In this document: one piece after another, positions 7,716 through 16,376 of the stretch
Layout of the letters: every line of letters begins with the position of its first letter
Position numbering within the stretch: position 1 is the first letter of the stretch
Source of the DNA: Thermodesulfobacteriota bacterium
GTDB lineage: Bacteria > Desulfobacterota > WTBG01 > JAGOGO01
Length of the DNA stretch: 32,000 bases
NCBI GenBank assembly: GCA_026625185.1
Contig: CP113000.1
Coordinates: 300,001-332,000 of the forward strand
Direction: 5' to 3'
Notes under the pieces: generated by a model
Seen by the model: the letters and a program-made list of their open reading frames with translations, nothing else
Told to the model about the DNA's origin: nothing
Database searches by the model: none
Made by a program: the position numbers and the translations under genes

Positions 7716-9857
7716 TTATTTCACCTCTTTTTTAGATTCGGGTGATTGTGCGATCTCCGGTTTAATGATGATATCAGGTTTCCCTTCATTCTTTTTAAAA
7801 TTCAAAGCTGCTGTTTCCGCTTCTTCCTTGGTGCTGTAATTTCCAATAAAAATTTTGTAGATAATTTTGTCATTCTTTGTTTTTGTCTCAGCGCTATAGG
7901 CAGGATACCCTTTTTGCTTCAGTTCAGTTATATACGCTTCAGCAAAAGCGCTGCTTGCGTTAAATAATGTACAAATCTGCACAGCGAACGTGTTTTCTGT
8001 TTTTTTACCGGATTCCTGCCGGGCGTCAGTCTTTGCTTCTATCTCCGGCAGGACTAAAACCTGGCCGGGATAGATCAGGTCACGGTTTTCAATTTTGGGA
8101 TTAGACTTAAGAACAGTTCCTATCCCGGACCTTTCTTTTTTGGGATAGTGTTGAAGAGCGATCTCCGTGAGATTGTCGCCATTCTTAACCGTAACTTTTG
8201 AAGAAACCGCGGCCTGTTGTTTGCTTAATGCTGGGGCTGAGTGATCTTGCTGTGTTTTTTGTTTCTCTGTTTCAGTTTTTTTAGAAGTGGTTGAAACCGG
8301 AGTTGGAGCAGAGTCTGAAAGAGGTTGCTGGTTTTTCTCCGAACCGTCGCTTATCCGCTCCTCCTTATCGGTGGTTGAATCCTCTTTTTCTTTAAAATCT
8401 TTTTTCTCTGCCTGTGGGCTTGGCATACTTGACTCGACTTCTTTTTTTGCCAATTGTTTTTCAGAAGCAAAAGTAGCGTCGTTGAACTCCTGTGGAGGTG
8501 CTGCCGTCAAAGGAGAAAAGGGAAGTAACCCCTCTGATGAACCTGTTTCACCCTCAGGAACAGAGGGAAATGTTGGATTTACCTTTGCAGAAATTTGCGG
8601 AACAGTCTCGACCGGGTTGTCTGGAGTTGTCGCGGAATCCGACCCGTTTAGAAGGTTTTCACTCAAGGAATTAACCCCATTTGAAAAACTGATAGAATCT
8701 TTGCCCCATGTTTCCGCACCGGGCGCGTCTAACTGGGTAGATGCCGTACTCATCTCCGGTGACTGAGACATTGCTTCAGGTGAAGAAGTATTGGGGGGCA
8801 CAGAAAAAGGCTGCGGCGTTTGAGCTTTTTTTTCTGAAACATTTTGATTTTGTGCCGCTGGTAGTGTGATCGTTTTTATGTTTGAAAATTGCAATGACAC
8901 TGGGAATAAAAAAGGTTTTATCACATCAGCATAGTGTAGCCATCCAATAAAAAGAAGCACCATCAAACTTCCCAGAGCAATAAGTTTAAGAATTTCCAAG
9001 GGATTAAAACTTTTTTCAATTTTTTTCTTAAAAGACCCCGGGGTAAAAAGAAGGTCACTTCGCAAAGCTGCATAGGTCTTTTTTACAATTTTTTTGTTTA
9101 CTTTTTTAAGTCCGGAAGCCTTACAAATTAGAAGCGCAGTATCGCACATCTGATTGATCTGCCGGGGAACACCATCGCTTAATCGATAAATCAAAGCTAA
9201 ACAATTTGTTTCAAAGCACCAAGCAAAATTTGATCCCACCAGTTTTAAGCGGTGGTCAATATAACGGGAGGTTTCGTTAAAATCCAAAGAAGAAAGAAAC
9301 CGATTGACGCTGATCCGCTGGCGGAGTTGGCGCATTTTCGCATTTTGGAGTTTATAACTGAGTTCATATTGCCCAACAAGAAGGATGGGTAAAAGTTTAC
9401 GATCCTGGGTTTCGATATTGGACAGAAGGCGGATGTCATCCAGGCTTTGATCAGAAAGCAGGTGAGCTTCGTCAATAACTAAGAAAAAATACTTTCCGCC
9501 TTTCTTTCTTTCTACCAAAGCATTATTCACATCATCAATCAGGTCCAACACCTTTTGCCCCTTATCAGTAATACCCAATGAACTCGCCACATACATAAGT
9601 ATTTCCCGATATTCTACCGAAGGGTTTAATATGATTATGGGGGTGTGAGATTCCGGTAATCGGTCCAAAAAATTGTTTAGCAGCATGGTCTTTCCGGCGC
9701 CGACATCACCACAGAGCATTGCCAACGCTTTATTTTCTTTAATAAAGTATAGGAGCGCGGCTAAAACCTCTTTGTGGTCTGCGCTAAGAAAAAAGAAGCG
9801 CTGATCAAGATTGTTTTCGAATGGGGATTCGGAAAATCCAAAATACTCATTATACAT
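7716..9857 (-). CDS. ExeA/GspA-like AAA+ ATPase with a transmembrane segment, a long low-complexity linker, and C-terminal LysM and SPOR peptidoglycan-binding domains
   Basis: The MYNEYFGFSESPF N-terminus is typical of ExeA. Walker A is GDVGAGKT (9687-9710) and Walker B is FFLVIDEAH. TM segment: LKLIALGSLMVLLFIGWL. LysM-like: VTVKNGDNLTEIA...IYPGQVLVLP (8046-8195). SPOR-like: FAVQI...YKIFIGNYSTKEEAETA (7776-7991). I chose the ATG at 9857 (AAGAGGT 6 nt upstream); the ORF track begins at 9875. Confidence 0.85.
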   Translation of the reverse strand: MYNEYFGFSESPFENNLDQRFFFLSADHKEVLAALLYFIKENKALAMLCGDVGAGKTMLLNNFLDRLPESHTPIIILNPSVEYREILMYVASSLGITDKGQKVLDLIDDVNNALVERKKGGKYFFLVIDEAHLLSDQSLDDIRLLSNIETQDRKLLPILLVGQYELSYKLQNAKMRQLRQRISVNRFLSSLDFNETSRYIDHRLKLVGSNFAWCFETNCLALIYRLSDGVPRQINQMCDTALLICKASGLKKVNKKIVKKTYAALRSDLLFTPGSFKKKIEKSFNPLEILKLIALGSLMVLLFIGWLHYADVIKPFLFPVSLQFSNIKTITLPAAQNQNVSEKKAQTPQPFSVPPNTSSPEAMSQSPEMSTASTQLDAPGAETWGKDSISFSNGVNSLSENLLNGSDSATTPDNPVETVPQISAKVNPTFPSVPEGETGSSEGLLPFSPLTAAPPQEFNDATFASEKQLAKKEVESSMPSPQAEKKDFKEKEDSTTDKEERISDGSEKNQQPLSDSAPTPVSTTSKKTETEKQKTQQDHSAPALSKQQAAVSSKVTVKNGDNLTEIALQHYPKKERSGIGTVLKSNPKIENRDLIYPGQVLVLPEIEAKTDARQESGKKTENTFAVQICTLFNASSAFAEAYITELKQKGYPAYSAETKTKNDKIIYKIFIGNYSTKEEAETAALNFKKNEGKPDIIIKPEIAQSPESKKEVK

Positions 9858-9982
9858 CTTAGGACCTCTTGTCATTGAAAATGAAAGGAAAGTCCTCTCT
9901 TCAGGGAACTCTGTTATGATATGGCAACTTAAAGTTTCTTCTTTCTTTTTCTTTTTTCACCAGTGACAATTTTATATCTACT

Positions 9983-10798
9983 TCATCTTTTCTTTTTACC
10001 CCTTGATTTCGAAGGAGGGGGAGTGGGTGTTGGAGTGGTACTAGGAACCTCAGGAGTAAAAGTAAAATCTCTAATAATGACTGCGGTCTCAGGCGCATCC
10101 AAATCACTCGCATCTGCCACCGACCCCTGCGGTCCGGCAGTCACCCACATATTGAATACAACTGCCTCGGACCCCGGCACCGGAACGTCCTGGGTAATTT
10201 CTGTATGAAAAAAAGGGGTCCCCCCCGTACCAGTTCCAATGAACGAATCAAAGGTTGCTTTCCCCGCTTGCCAGATAAGCCTGTGGGTTTGAACCCTATC
10301 CGATGGGATAGGCATGCGCATCCCATGTGTTAATAGAGAAGTCGGATAAGTCCCATACCAACTGTTATGAATGATTTGCGTGGTCGCATAACCGTCCCAT
10401 TTTGAAGTCTCGCATACATCAAACTCTATATAGGGAGTTCCATTGTAGAGGGGGAATAATCCACCAAAGACTATGTTTTTATCGAAAGCAGCCCAGTCTC
10501 CTTCAACAACTACCGTATACGTTCCATATCCCCAACCTACCTTTTGGGAATTCATCTGGCATCCTATAGGCTGTATGCCAGTAGGATTAGTTACTTTAAA
10601 GGTAAGGTAACCATTGGCATCAGGGCCAAGAATGTTGGCAGAGGACCACGCACAAATTCCGGGGCTATCATATGGTGGATCGTTCCTTAAATTCCACGTA
10701 TATCCCTTCCACACAATAGAAGAAACCTGGGCTCCGACATCACTACCAAACACCCATCCCATAATAAGGAGCATGATTAAACAGATTAATTTTTTCAC
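9983..10798 (-). CDS. secreted GH16-like / concanavalin-A-like glucanase-fold protein with a Pro/Thr-rich basic tail
   Basis: GTG start with AGGGGGTG upstream and a signal peptide (LICLIMLLIMGWVFG). An ExDxxE-type motif EFDVCE lies at 10409-10426. THRLIWQAGKATFDSF and VVFNMWV resemble GH16 beta-strands. The tail is TPEVPSTTPTPTPPPSKSRGKKKR. Confidence 0.5.
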   Translation of the reverse strand: MKKLICLIMLLIMGWVFGSDVGAQVSSIVWKGYTWNLRNDPPYDSPGICAWSSANILGPDANGYLTFKVTNPTGIQPIGCQMNSQKVGWGYGTYTVVVEGDWAAFDKNIVFGGLFPLYNGTPYIEFDVCETSKWDGYATTQIIHNSWYGTYPTSLLTHGMRMPIPSDRVQTHRLIWQAGKATFDSFIGTGTGGTPFFHTEITQDVPVPGSEAVVFNMWVTAGPQGSVADASDLDAPETAVIIRDFTFTPEVPSTTPTPTPPPSKSRGKKKR

Positions 10799-10940
10799 TT
10801 TGCACCCCCTTTAACTTTATTTTTGTAACGTGAAAAATGGTAATGTGACTAATAATCCCAGCCGCAATTAAAACAACTGTTGATCAGATGAGACTTATTT
10901 GCAATCACCTCCTTTATTTTTCCATAAAGGCAAATATTTT

Positions 10941-12500
10941 TCACTTGAGGAAAACTACTGGTCGTTTAAGTCTCCCTTTACTGATCTTCAAAAAATCCTT
11001 TAAAGCGAAGCGAATAAGCTTCAGCCTCGACCGTATGGATAGTGGAAGATGATCAAAACACAAATGGAGGTAAGAAGAAAAAAAATTCGTAGGGTTGATC
11101 GGTTCTGCTAATGCCTCCGGCCACATTTCTTCGATAAGTTTGGTGTAAATAGGAAAACGCGGCCCGGAACGATATTCACGGGGCAATGACAAAAGAGTTA
11201 TGACCAGCAAACGATTATTAAAAGGTTTAAAATCTTCGATTGAGACATCCTGTTCCGATGCATAGTGAGCCCCCCAGTTACTCATCCGCTGTTCCCAATA
11301 AAGTAAGTCCAGGATATGATATCCGAAAGTACCGTTAAGTTCGAGGCCATTTTCCCAATCTGCCAGCTCATTTTTGACAAATTTACTTTTATAATACCCC
11401 ATGAAGCCGGCAAGTTCAGCAGTAGTGGGATTATCCCCGGAGATCAGAGAAAATTTATCATAAAAGTTTCGACACACCTCACTGCCATTCCCGTTCACAT
11501 CAATACTCTTGAGGCCTTCAGAAAATACCCCATAAATCATCCTGGTTTTCGGCAACAGACGAGCTTCGGAAACGCTTTGCGAAAGGATTTTCATAAACCA
11601 TTCCGGAGGATCTTCCCTGGAATTTTTAACAACAAAATTTAACCCCAACTTCTGAAATAAGCGCTGTGGTACTTGTACGTCGGGATGATAAGGGGGCAAA
11701 GCACCCATGCGATCAACATAATACACAAAACGACTCGAAACATTCTTTGTTGCCGCAAAAAGAAGCCGTGTATCCCAACCGGCGGTAACCGCAAGCATTG
11801 CAGAAAATCTTTGAGAAATCGCATCCATTGATCCTTTAAGAATAGATGAAGCTATTTGTATAGCATTATCTACTGTCACAGACGATGGTTTTTTTTGGGG
11901 GAAAAAACGGATTGATGAACCTGTATTTAAGTTTAAAAAGTGATTAGGCAACAGGTGATAGCAATCAGCATACCTGGTCTTATTTCCGACTAAAGCGCAT
12001 TCAGTGCTCTGATAGTTTAGACTTGTTATAAATTCCAAAAAATTTTTATTTTTGTTAAGATCAAGACCAGTGGCCGCTTTTATGATTTCAGGTTGAGAGC
12101 CGCACCAAAAACCTTCATTGTTGACATGGTAATAGACTTGTCGCAAGCCGTACGGATCAGTAAAAATTACCGAGTCTTGTGAATCGAAATATATTAAAAC
12201 CCAACGACCAGAAAGATGAATAGTGGCGTCTATCACCGTTAAAACATCGGTAGCCTTTTCGATTATGTCAGTAAGAATTTCAGCAGATGTCTTAGCGGGA
12301 TTAAAGGGGTCAATGATATATCCAAGCAAAACAAGGGTACACGACCCAGCGGTTTCAATTTCAAAATCAAGTTTAGGGTGGGTTGATAAAATCAAACTTT
12401 TTTCAAGAGGTGTTGCTTTCCATTGATTTGTAAGAACAAAGGGGCGTGGGCCAAGCAAAAACTGCCGTGAAAATATTAACTCTTTAAGGTTTTCGTCCAT
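10941..12500 (-). CDS. asparagine synthetase (AsnB)-like protein lacking the N-terminal glutaminase Cys and carrying a deviant PP-loop
   Basis: SGRWVLIYFDSQDSVIFTDPYGLRQVYY resembles the AsnB N-domain core. TAGWDT (11769-11786) sits where SGGxDS is expected. I chose the ATG at 12500 (AAGAGGG upstream); the ORF track starts at TTG 12551. Confidence 0.45.
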   Translation of the reverse strand: MDENLKELIFSRQFLLGPRPFVLTNQWKATPLEKSLILSTHPKLDFEIETAGSCTLVLLGYIIDPFNPAKTSAEILTDIIEKATDVLTVIDATIHLSGRWVLIYFDSQDSVIFTDPYGLRQVYYHVNNEGFWCGSQPEIIKAATGLDLNKNKNFLEFITSLNYQSTECALVGNKTRYADCYHLLPNHFLNLNTGSSIRFFPQKKPSSVTVDNAIQIASSILKGSMDAISQRFSAMLAVTAGWDTRLLFAATKNVSSRFVYYVDRMGALPPYHPDVQVPQRLFQKLGLNFVVKNSREDPPEWFMKILSQSVSEARLLPKTRMIYGVFSEGLKSIDVNGNGSEVCRNFYDKFSLISGDNPTTAELAGFMGYYKSKFVKNELADWENGLELNGTFGYHILDLLYWEQRMSNWGAHYASEQDVSIEDFKPFNNRLLVITLLSLPREYRSGPRFPIYTKLIEEMWPEALAEPINPTNFFSSYLHLCFDHLPLSIRSRLKLIRFALKDFLKISKGRLKRPVVFLK

Positions 12501-12578
12501 TAGCAAAGTGCCCTCTTTAAAATTTTTATTTAACCGCTTCTTACCACCCAAAAACCCATTGTTAGATATCTTTATTGT

Positions 12579-12587
12579 GGGGGGGGG
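12579..12587. repeat. G9 (C9 on the minus strand) homopolymer tract in the divergent intergenic region
   Basis: Counted directly: 9 consecutive G at 12579-12587, 79 nt upstream of the ATG at 12500 of the AsnB-like gene. Confidence 0.95.
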
Positions 12588-12818
12588 TATTCAACCATTT
12601 ATCCCCTTTGCTGTAGGGTTTTTAATACATTAATGTAATGCTCCCATTCGTGTCAAGGCGGAAAATTACAAAAATAAATTGCCTTTTACGATTCAAAATT
12701 TTATAAAGATTTTTTATTTAAGAATTGCTAAAAACATTTTTTGCCGCCGGTCTCACCCCCATTGGGATGAAATTTTATGATAAGAACATTTCTTGGCATA
12801 GCCTACCCCTGCTAAAAA

Positions 12819-12847
12819 TTGACTTTTAACCCTGAAATATATATAAC
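12819..12847 (+). promoter_or_regulatory. candidate sigma70-type promoter for the DUF354 gene
   Basis: TTGACT (12819-12824), a 17 nt spacer, then TATAAC (12842-12847), about 87 nt upstream of the ATG at 12934. Confidence 0.4.
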
Positions 12848-12933
12848 TATAACAAATAAGGGAGAAATTCCGGATTTTTTTAAATGGGCATGGAGCTTAA
12901 AGAATCGTCGTTGCTTTTGGCAAATTGATTGAT

Positions 12934-13959
12934 ATGAACACCATTTGGATAGACCTCGATAACTCACCCCACGTACCATTGTTTAAACCCGTTATTGAAG
13001 AGTTAAACAAAATGGGTATCAAGACCATTGTTACTGCCCGTGATTATGCTCAAACCATCAGGTTGCTGGAACTCTGGAATATTAAGCACATAATTATAGG
13101 CCAACATGGGGGAAAAAGCAAGGTTCGGAAAATTATTAATCTGTTTCACCGAGCCTGGCAACTAATAAGGTTTGCCCACGGTAAAAATATTAATTTGGCA
13201 TTAAGCCACGGATCGAGGACGCAACTTCTGGCTTCACGCATTCTCGGTATACGCAGCATCGTAATGCTTGATTATGAATTCACCGAGAGATTTCTCTTTA
13301 ACCTCCTTTCAACAAAACTACTGATCCCTACCCACATACCTGATTGGCGTCTTCGGCAAAACAATTTTTTTCTGCACAAAGTAATCCGTTATAACGGTTT
13401 TAAAGAACAATTATACCTGAAGTCTTTTGTGCCAGATTGCACGTTAAGAAACCAACTGGCTATTGATGAGGATAAAGTACTTGTGACCTTGCGTCCTTCT
13501 GCAATGTTAGGAAATTACCATAATATTCTTAGTGAAAAGATTATTCTGAAAATACTCGACACCCTTATAGATAAGACGGAGGTTTATATTTTGGTCGTTT
13601 CCCGCACAAAAGAAGATAAGAAATTGATCGAGGACAGGTTTTCGAAAAAAATCAGGTTCCTTGAGCGGGCTGTCGATGGGTTGCAACTGATCTGGAATTC
13701 TGACGTATTCATTAGCGGCGGAGGCACCATGAGCCGTGAAGCCGCATTACTTGGGGTCCCGACTTACAGCATTTTTACCGGCAAAAAACCTTATCTTGAT
13801 GAATACCTGGCACAGCAGGGCAAATTAGTTTTTATTGATACCCTTGAAAAAGCTTGCGGACTGGTCGTGCAAAAACGGCATATTACCCTCGACTATAAAA
13901 GCAGTAACGAGAAAGTATTGCAGCAGGTCGTGGAAATGTTGCTGCAAGAATTATATTAA
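12934..13959 (+). CDS. DUF354-family protein (GT-B / UDP-GlcNAc 2-epimerase-like fold)
   Basis: The N-terminus IWIDLDNSPHVPLFKPVIEELNKMGIKTIVTARDYAQTIRLLELWNI...IGQHGG matches my recollection of the DUF354 signature. The C-terminus has GGGTMSREAALLGVP, as in GT-B enzymes. It is the only plus-strand gene inside the EPS locus. The ORF track starts at TTG 12925. Confidence 0.55.
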   Translation: MNTIWIDLDNSPHVPLFKPVIEELNKMGIKTIVTARDYAQTIRLLELWNIKHIIIGQHGGKSKVRKIINLFHRAWQLIRFAHGKNINLALSHGSRTQLLASRILGIRSIVMLDYEFTERFLFNLLSTKLLIPTHIPDWRLRQNNFFLHKVIRYNGFKEQLYLKSFVPDCTLRNQLAIDEDKVLVTLRPSAMLGNYHNILSEKIILKILDTLIDKTEVYILVVSRTKEDKKLIEDRFSKKIRFLERAVDGLQLIWNSDVFISGGGTMSREAALLGVPTYSIFTGKKPYLDEYLAQQGKLVFIDTLEKACGLVVQKRHITLDYKSSNEKVLQQVVEMLLQELY

Positions 13960-14049
13960 AAAGTGAGAGAAAAATTTCCAAGTTAAGCGAAACTGTTACC
14001 CATAATAATGAACCATGGTTTAGTAAAAAAAGTTTTAGAACTATTTTTG

Positions 14050-14925
14050 CTATTTACCAAGATTCCCGCCCAGTAAGGCAATCAGTTTTTTAAACTCTTC
14101 CTGTCTCAGAAATTTCACAAATTTTTCAGGCACTTTTCTCTTCGGTCTTTGTAAACATGTCCAGAAAAAACCACACGTCCTCACCAAACTTCCAAGCACA
14201 AAAGGTTCCTCCCAGAGTCTTTGCATTGCCCGCGCAATATGAAACAAAGGGTGGTAGCCAAGCATGTACTCAATGCGTCCTTGTTTAAATCGTGCCTTTA
14301 AAATACTCCGCCCTTCTGTCCCTGTTCTTCGGTGGTGCAAAACCTTTAGCTCCGTGAAGGAACGCGTCTCCCATCCTTTCATCCTGGCAGTAATCTCGGC
14401 AATAGCGTCTTCATTCCCAAAACTAATAGGGATGTATCCTCCTACCTCCTCAAAACAACTCCTTCTAAAGAATTGCACCCCACCAGCAACACTATTATAG
14501 CTGGAGTATCGCTTGTGCGCTTTGTTATCATAAAAATCAAATACTTCTCCTCCGGCAATACCGAGCCTGGGATTGGCTATAAATTTTTCCAGCACCTTTT
14601 CATAATAAAATGGTGCAAAGGTTAGATCAGCATCTAAATTTCCGATAAAATCATGCTCGACCCCCGCTACTCTCCCCTCACCATCCTTAAAAGCATATAC
14701 CTTAGATGCGAAATTTCTTTTTTCAGAAGACTTCCGTCGAAGTAACTCAATAAAGGAATACCTTGCTTGGTACTGCCGAACGATTTCATCAGTGCCATCA
14801 GTTGAGCCATCGCTCACTATAATCCATTTTTCCGGTAAAATCGTTTGCTTAATAACGGACTGGATCGTTTGCTCGATATAGACCGCTTCGTTGCGCGCGG
14901 GAGTTATCAAAACAAATTTTTGCAT
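14050..14925 (-). CDS. family 2 glycosyltransferase
   Basis: ITPARNEAVYIEQTIQSVIKQT...IIVSDGSTDGTDEIV and a DAD motif (NLDADL). Its ATG directly abuts the stop of the upstream Wzy-like gene. Confidence 0.9.
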   Translation of the reverse strand: MQKFVLITPARNEAVYIEQTIQSVIKQTILPEKWIIVSDGSTDGTDEIVRQYQARYSFIELLRRKSSEKRNFASKVYAFKDGEGRVAGVEHDFIGNLDADLTFAPFYYEKVLEKFIANPRLGIAGGEVFDFYDNKAHKRYSSYNSVAGGVQFFRRSCFEEVGGYIPISFGNEDAIAEITARMKGWETRSFTELKVLHHRRTGTEGRSILKARFKQGRIEYMLGYHPLFHIARAMQRLWEEPFVLGSLVRTCGFFWTCLQRPKRKVPEKFVKFLRQEEFKKLIALLGGNLGK

Positions 14926-16206
14926 TTACTGTTCTTCGAGTAGCTTTTTGGTATTAAAAAAGTATTTTTCCCGATCGAGTATTATTAGGTAAAAAAAGAA
15001 CAGGGGTTGAAATGGCAGCAATTTTACTGCGATCCTTGCCTCAAAAAGCGCACTTACTAGAAACATCACCACTACAATCGAAGCATGGAGCGCCAAATCA
15101 CAGGAAAATATTCCTTTGAGCCGCGAAAAAGATATTAGCCACTTTAGGTTGTAGATATACAAAAGCAACAAAGCGATAAATCCTAAGATACCTGTGCTAA
15201 AAAGTGCTTCAAGCATTTCATTGTGGCAGTGAGCGGCCTGAAAATCCCAGGTAATAGGTTTAAGGGTAAACCGAGAAATGCCATACCCATGGCCAGTAAA
15301 TGGGGCCTCAGGTATCTGACGTATAACCTGGCGCCAAATGTCCGTACGACCCGTGAGAGCAAAAAATTCGGCCTTACTTTGTCCTCTTTTCCCATAAAGA
15401 ACCGCTTTGTTCCCCCAACGCGGATTCAAGGAAAAAGCTAACAAAACAAAAACAATCCCGCTCAAACAAGTGAGTGTAACTATCCATTTCATATTAACCT
15501 CTCGTGCCCGAAGGAAGAAATAAGCAAAACCTCCAACGAAAAACGATAGGATCCCCACTCGGCTGATGGCCCCTATAATGATACCAAGCATTGCTATTCT
15601 TAAGAGCCACAGGATACTGTTGGCTTTGGTTTGTTTAAAGGAAAGCCAGAAAACTAAGCCTGCGAGCAACCCAAGTTGGTTGGCATGGGTTGTTCCCATT
15701 CCCAACCGGATGATTTCTTCTCCAGCAGCGGGATCAGGAAAAATAAAACTGGTGATAGCATCCTTTATGGCGCATACACCGATAACACTGAACCATATCT
15801 TTTCAAGTTGTTCTAACCGTTTAAGATCTGGTGCCGTGTAAACCAAACCGAGGACTAAAATACTTGCTCCCAAAAGCAGAGCGACATAGCCAATAACAAT
15901 TGTGGGATAAGAACTGTTTATAGCCGAAATGCCAGTTGCCACCAAAAAAATAGTTAAAACGATGCTGCCCAATCCAAACCGGGCATGACTTTTAAGAATC
16001 AGAATAGTGCCTATTACAAAACCAAACGCGCTGGTTATCAATCGCACCAGAACCAGCCAGTCCATTTCAGGAAGTTCTTCCGCCGGACGAATTCGAAAAA
16101 ATGTCCCGTTAAATACCAAAATAGCAATAAATACTAACGGGGCAAGGGAACCCAGCACATTACTCCTGCCGACTTTTGTGTCATCGGATAAATTACTTTC
16201 GTTCAT
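14926..16206 (-). CDS. O-antigen ligase/polymerase-like (Wzy_C family) polytopic membrane protein
   Basis: Multiple TM segments, and a periplasmic loop followed by AHCHNEMLEALFSTGILGF, which is a Wzy_C-type HN..L motif. Confidence 0.8.
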   Translation of the reverse strand: MNESNLSDDTKVGRSNVLGSLAPLVFIAILVFNGTFFRIRPAEELPEMDWLVLVRLITSAFGFVIGTILILKSHARFGLGSIVLTIFLVATGISAINSSYPTIVIGYVALLLGASILVLGLVYTAPDLKRLEQLEKIWFSVIGVCAIKDAITSFIFPDPAAGEEIIRLGMGTTHANQLGLLAGLVFWLSFKQTKANSILWLLRIAMLGIIIGAISRVGILSFFVGGFAYFFLRAREVNMKWIVTLTCLSGIVFVLLAFSLNPRWGNKAVLYGKRGQSKAEFFALTGRTDIWRQVIRQIPEAPFTGHGYGISRFTLKPITWDFQAAHCHNEMLEALFSTGILGFIALLLLYIYNLKWLISFSRLKGIFSCDLALHASIVVVMFLVSALFEARIAVKLLPFQPLFFFYLIILDREKYFFNTKKLLEEQ

Positions 16207-16376
16207 CTGAGGCCACCATAAAGATAAAATTAATTAATCTTACCCGATTCTCCTTTCCTCCAACAAAGAACCTAAAACCAATAACGTCTAACCGCTCGGA
16301 AAAAACTAATTTTTATCTCAGTGGAGATAATGTAATATTTTTGTCCGAGCTGCAAAAAACATTTACGTAAAATAGG

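Noticed and set aside
9973-9979. Extra half-sites of the TAGATAT palindrome (ATATCTA at 9973-9979; GTTAGATATC at 12561-12570).
   Set aside because: An AT-rich 7-mer is expected several times by chance in 64 kb of two-strand sequence. Only the two full 17 nt copies are significant.
9983-10060. A genuine PEP-CTERM sorting signal at the C-terminus of the GH16-like protein.
   Set aside because: No hydrophobic TM segment lies between the PE.P-like motif and the basic tail, in this frame or after a single frameshift. It is kept only as a resemblance.
10849-10908. A 19 aa minus-strand sORF (VIANKSHLINSCFNCGWDY) in the AsnB-like/GH16-like intergenic region, next to an AAGGAGG sequence.
   Set aside because: The GTG directly abuts the SD-like sequence with no spacer. 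There is no support for translation and no sign of conservation.
10941-12500. The AsnB-like protein as a lasso-peptide cyclase or RiPP enzyme.
   Set aside because: No adjacent precursor-peptide ORF, no transglutaminase-like leader protease or RRE protein, and no ABC exporter. The context is purely polysaccharide biosynthesis.
16313-16330. The hairpin TTATCTC-agtg-GAGATAA between the flippase and Wzy-like genes as an internal terminator.
   Set aside because: The stem is only 7 bp and AT-rich, and no proper U-tract follows on the operon strand. It is too weak to call.
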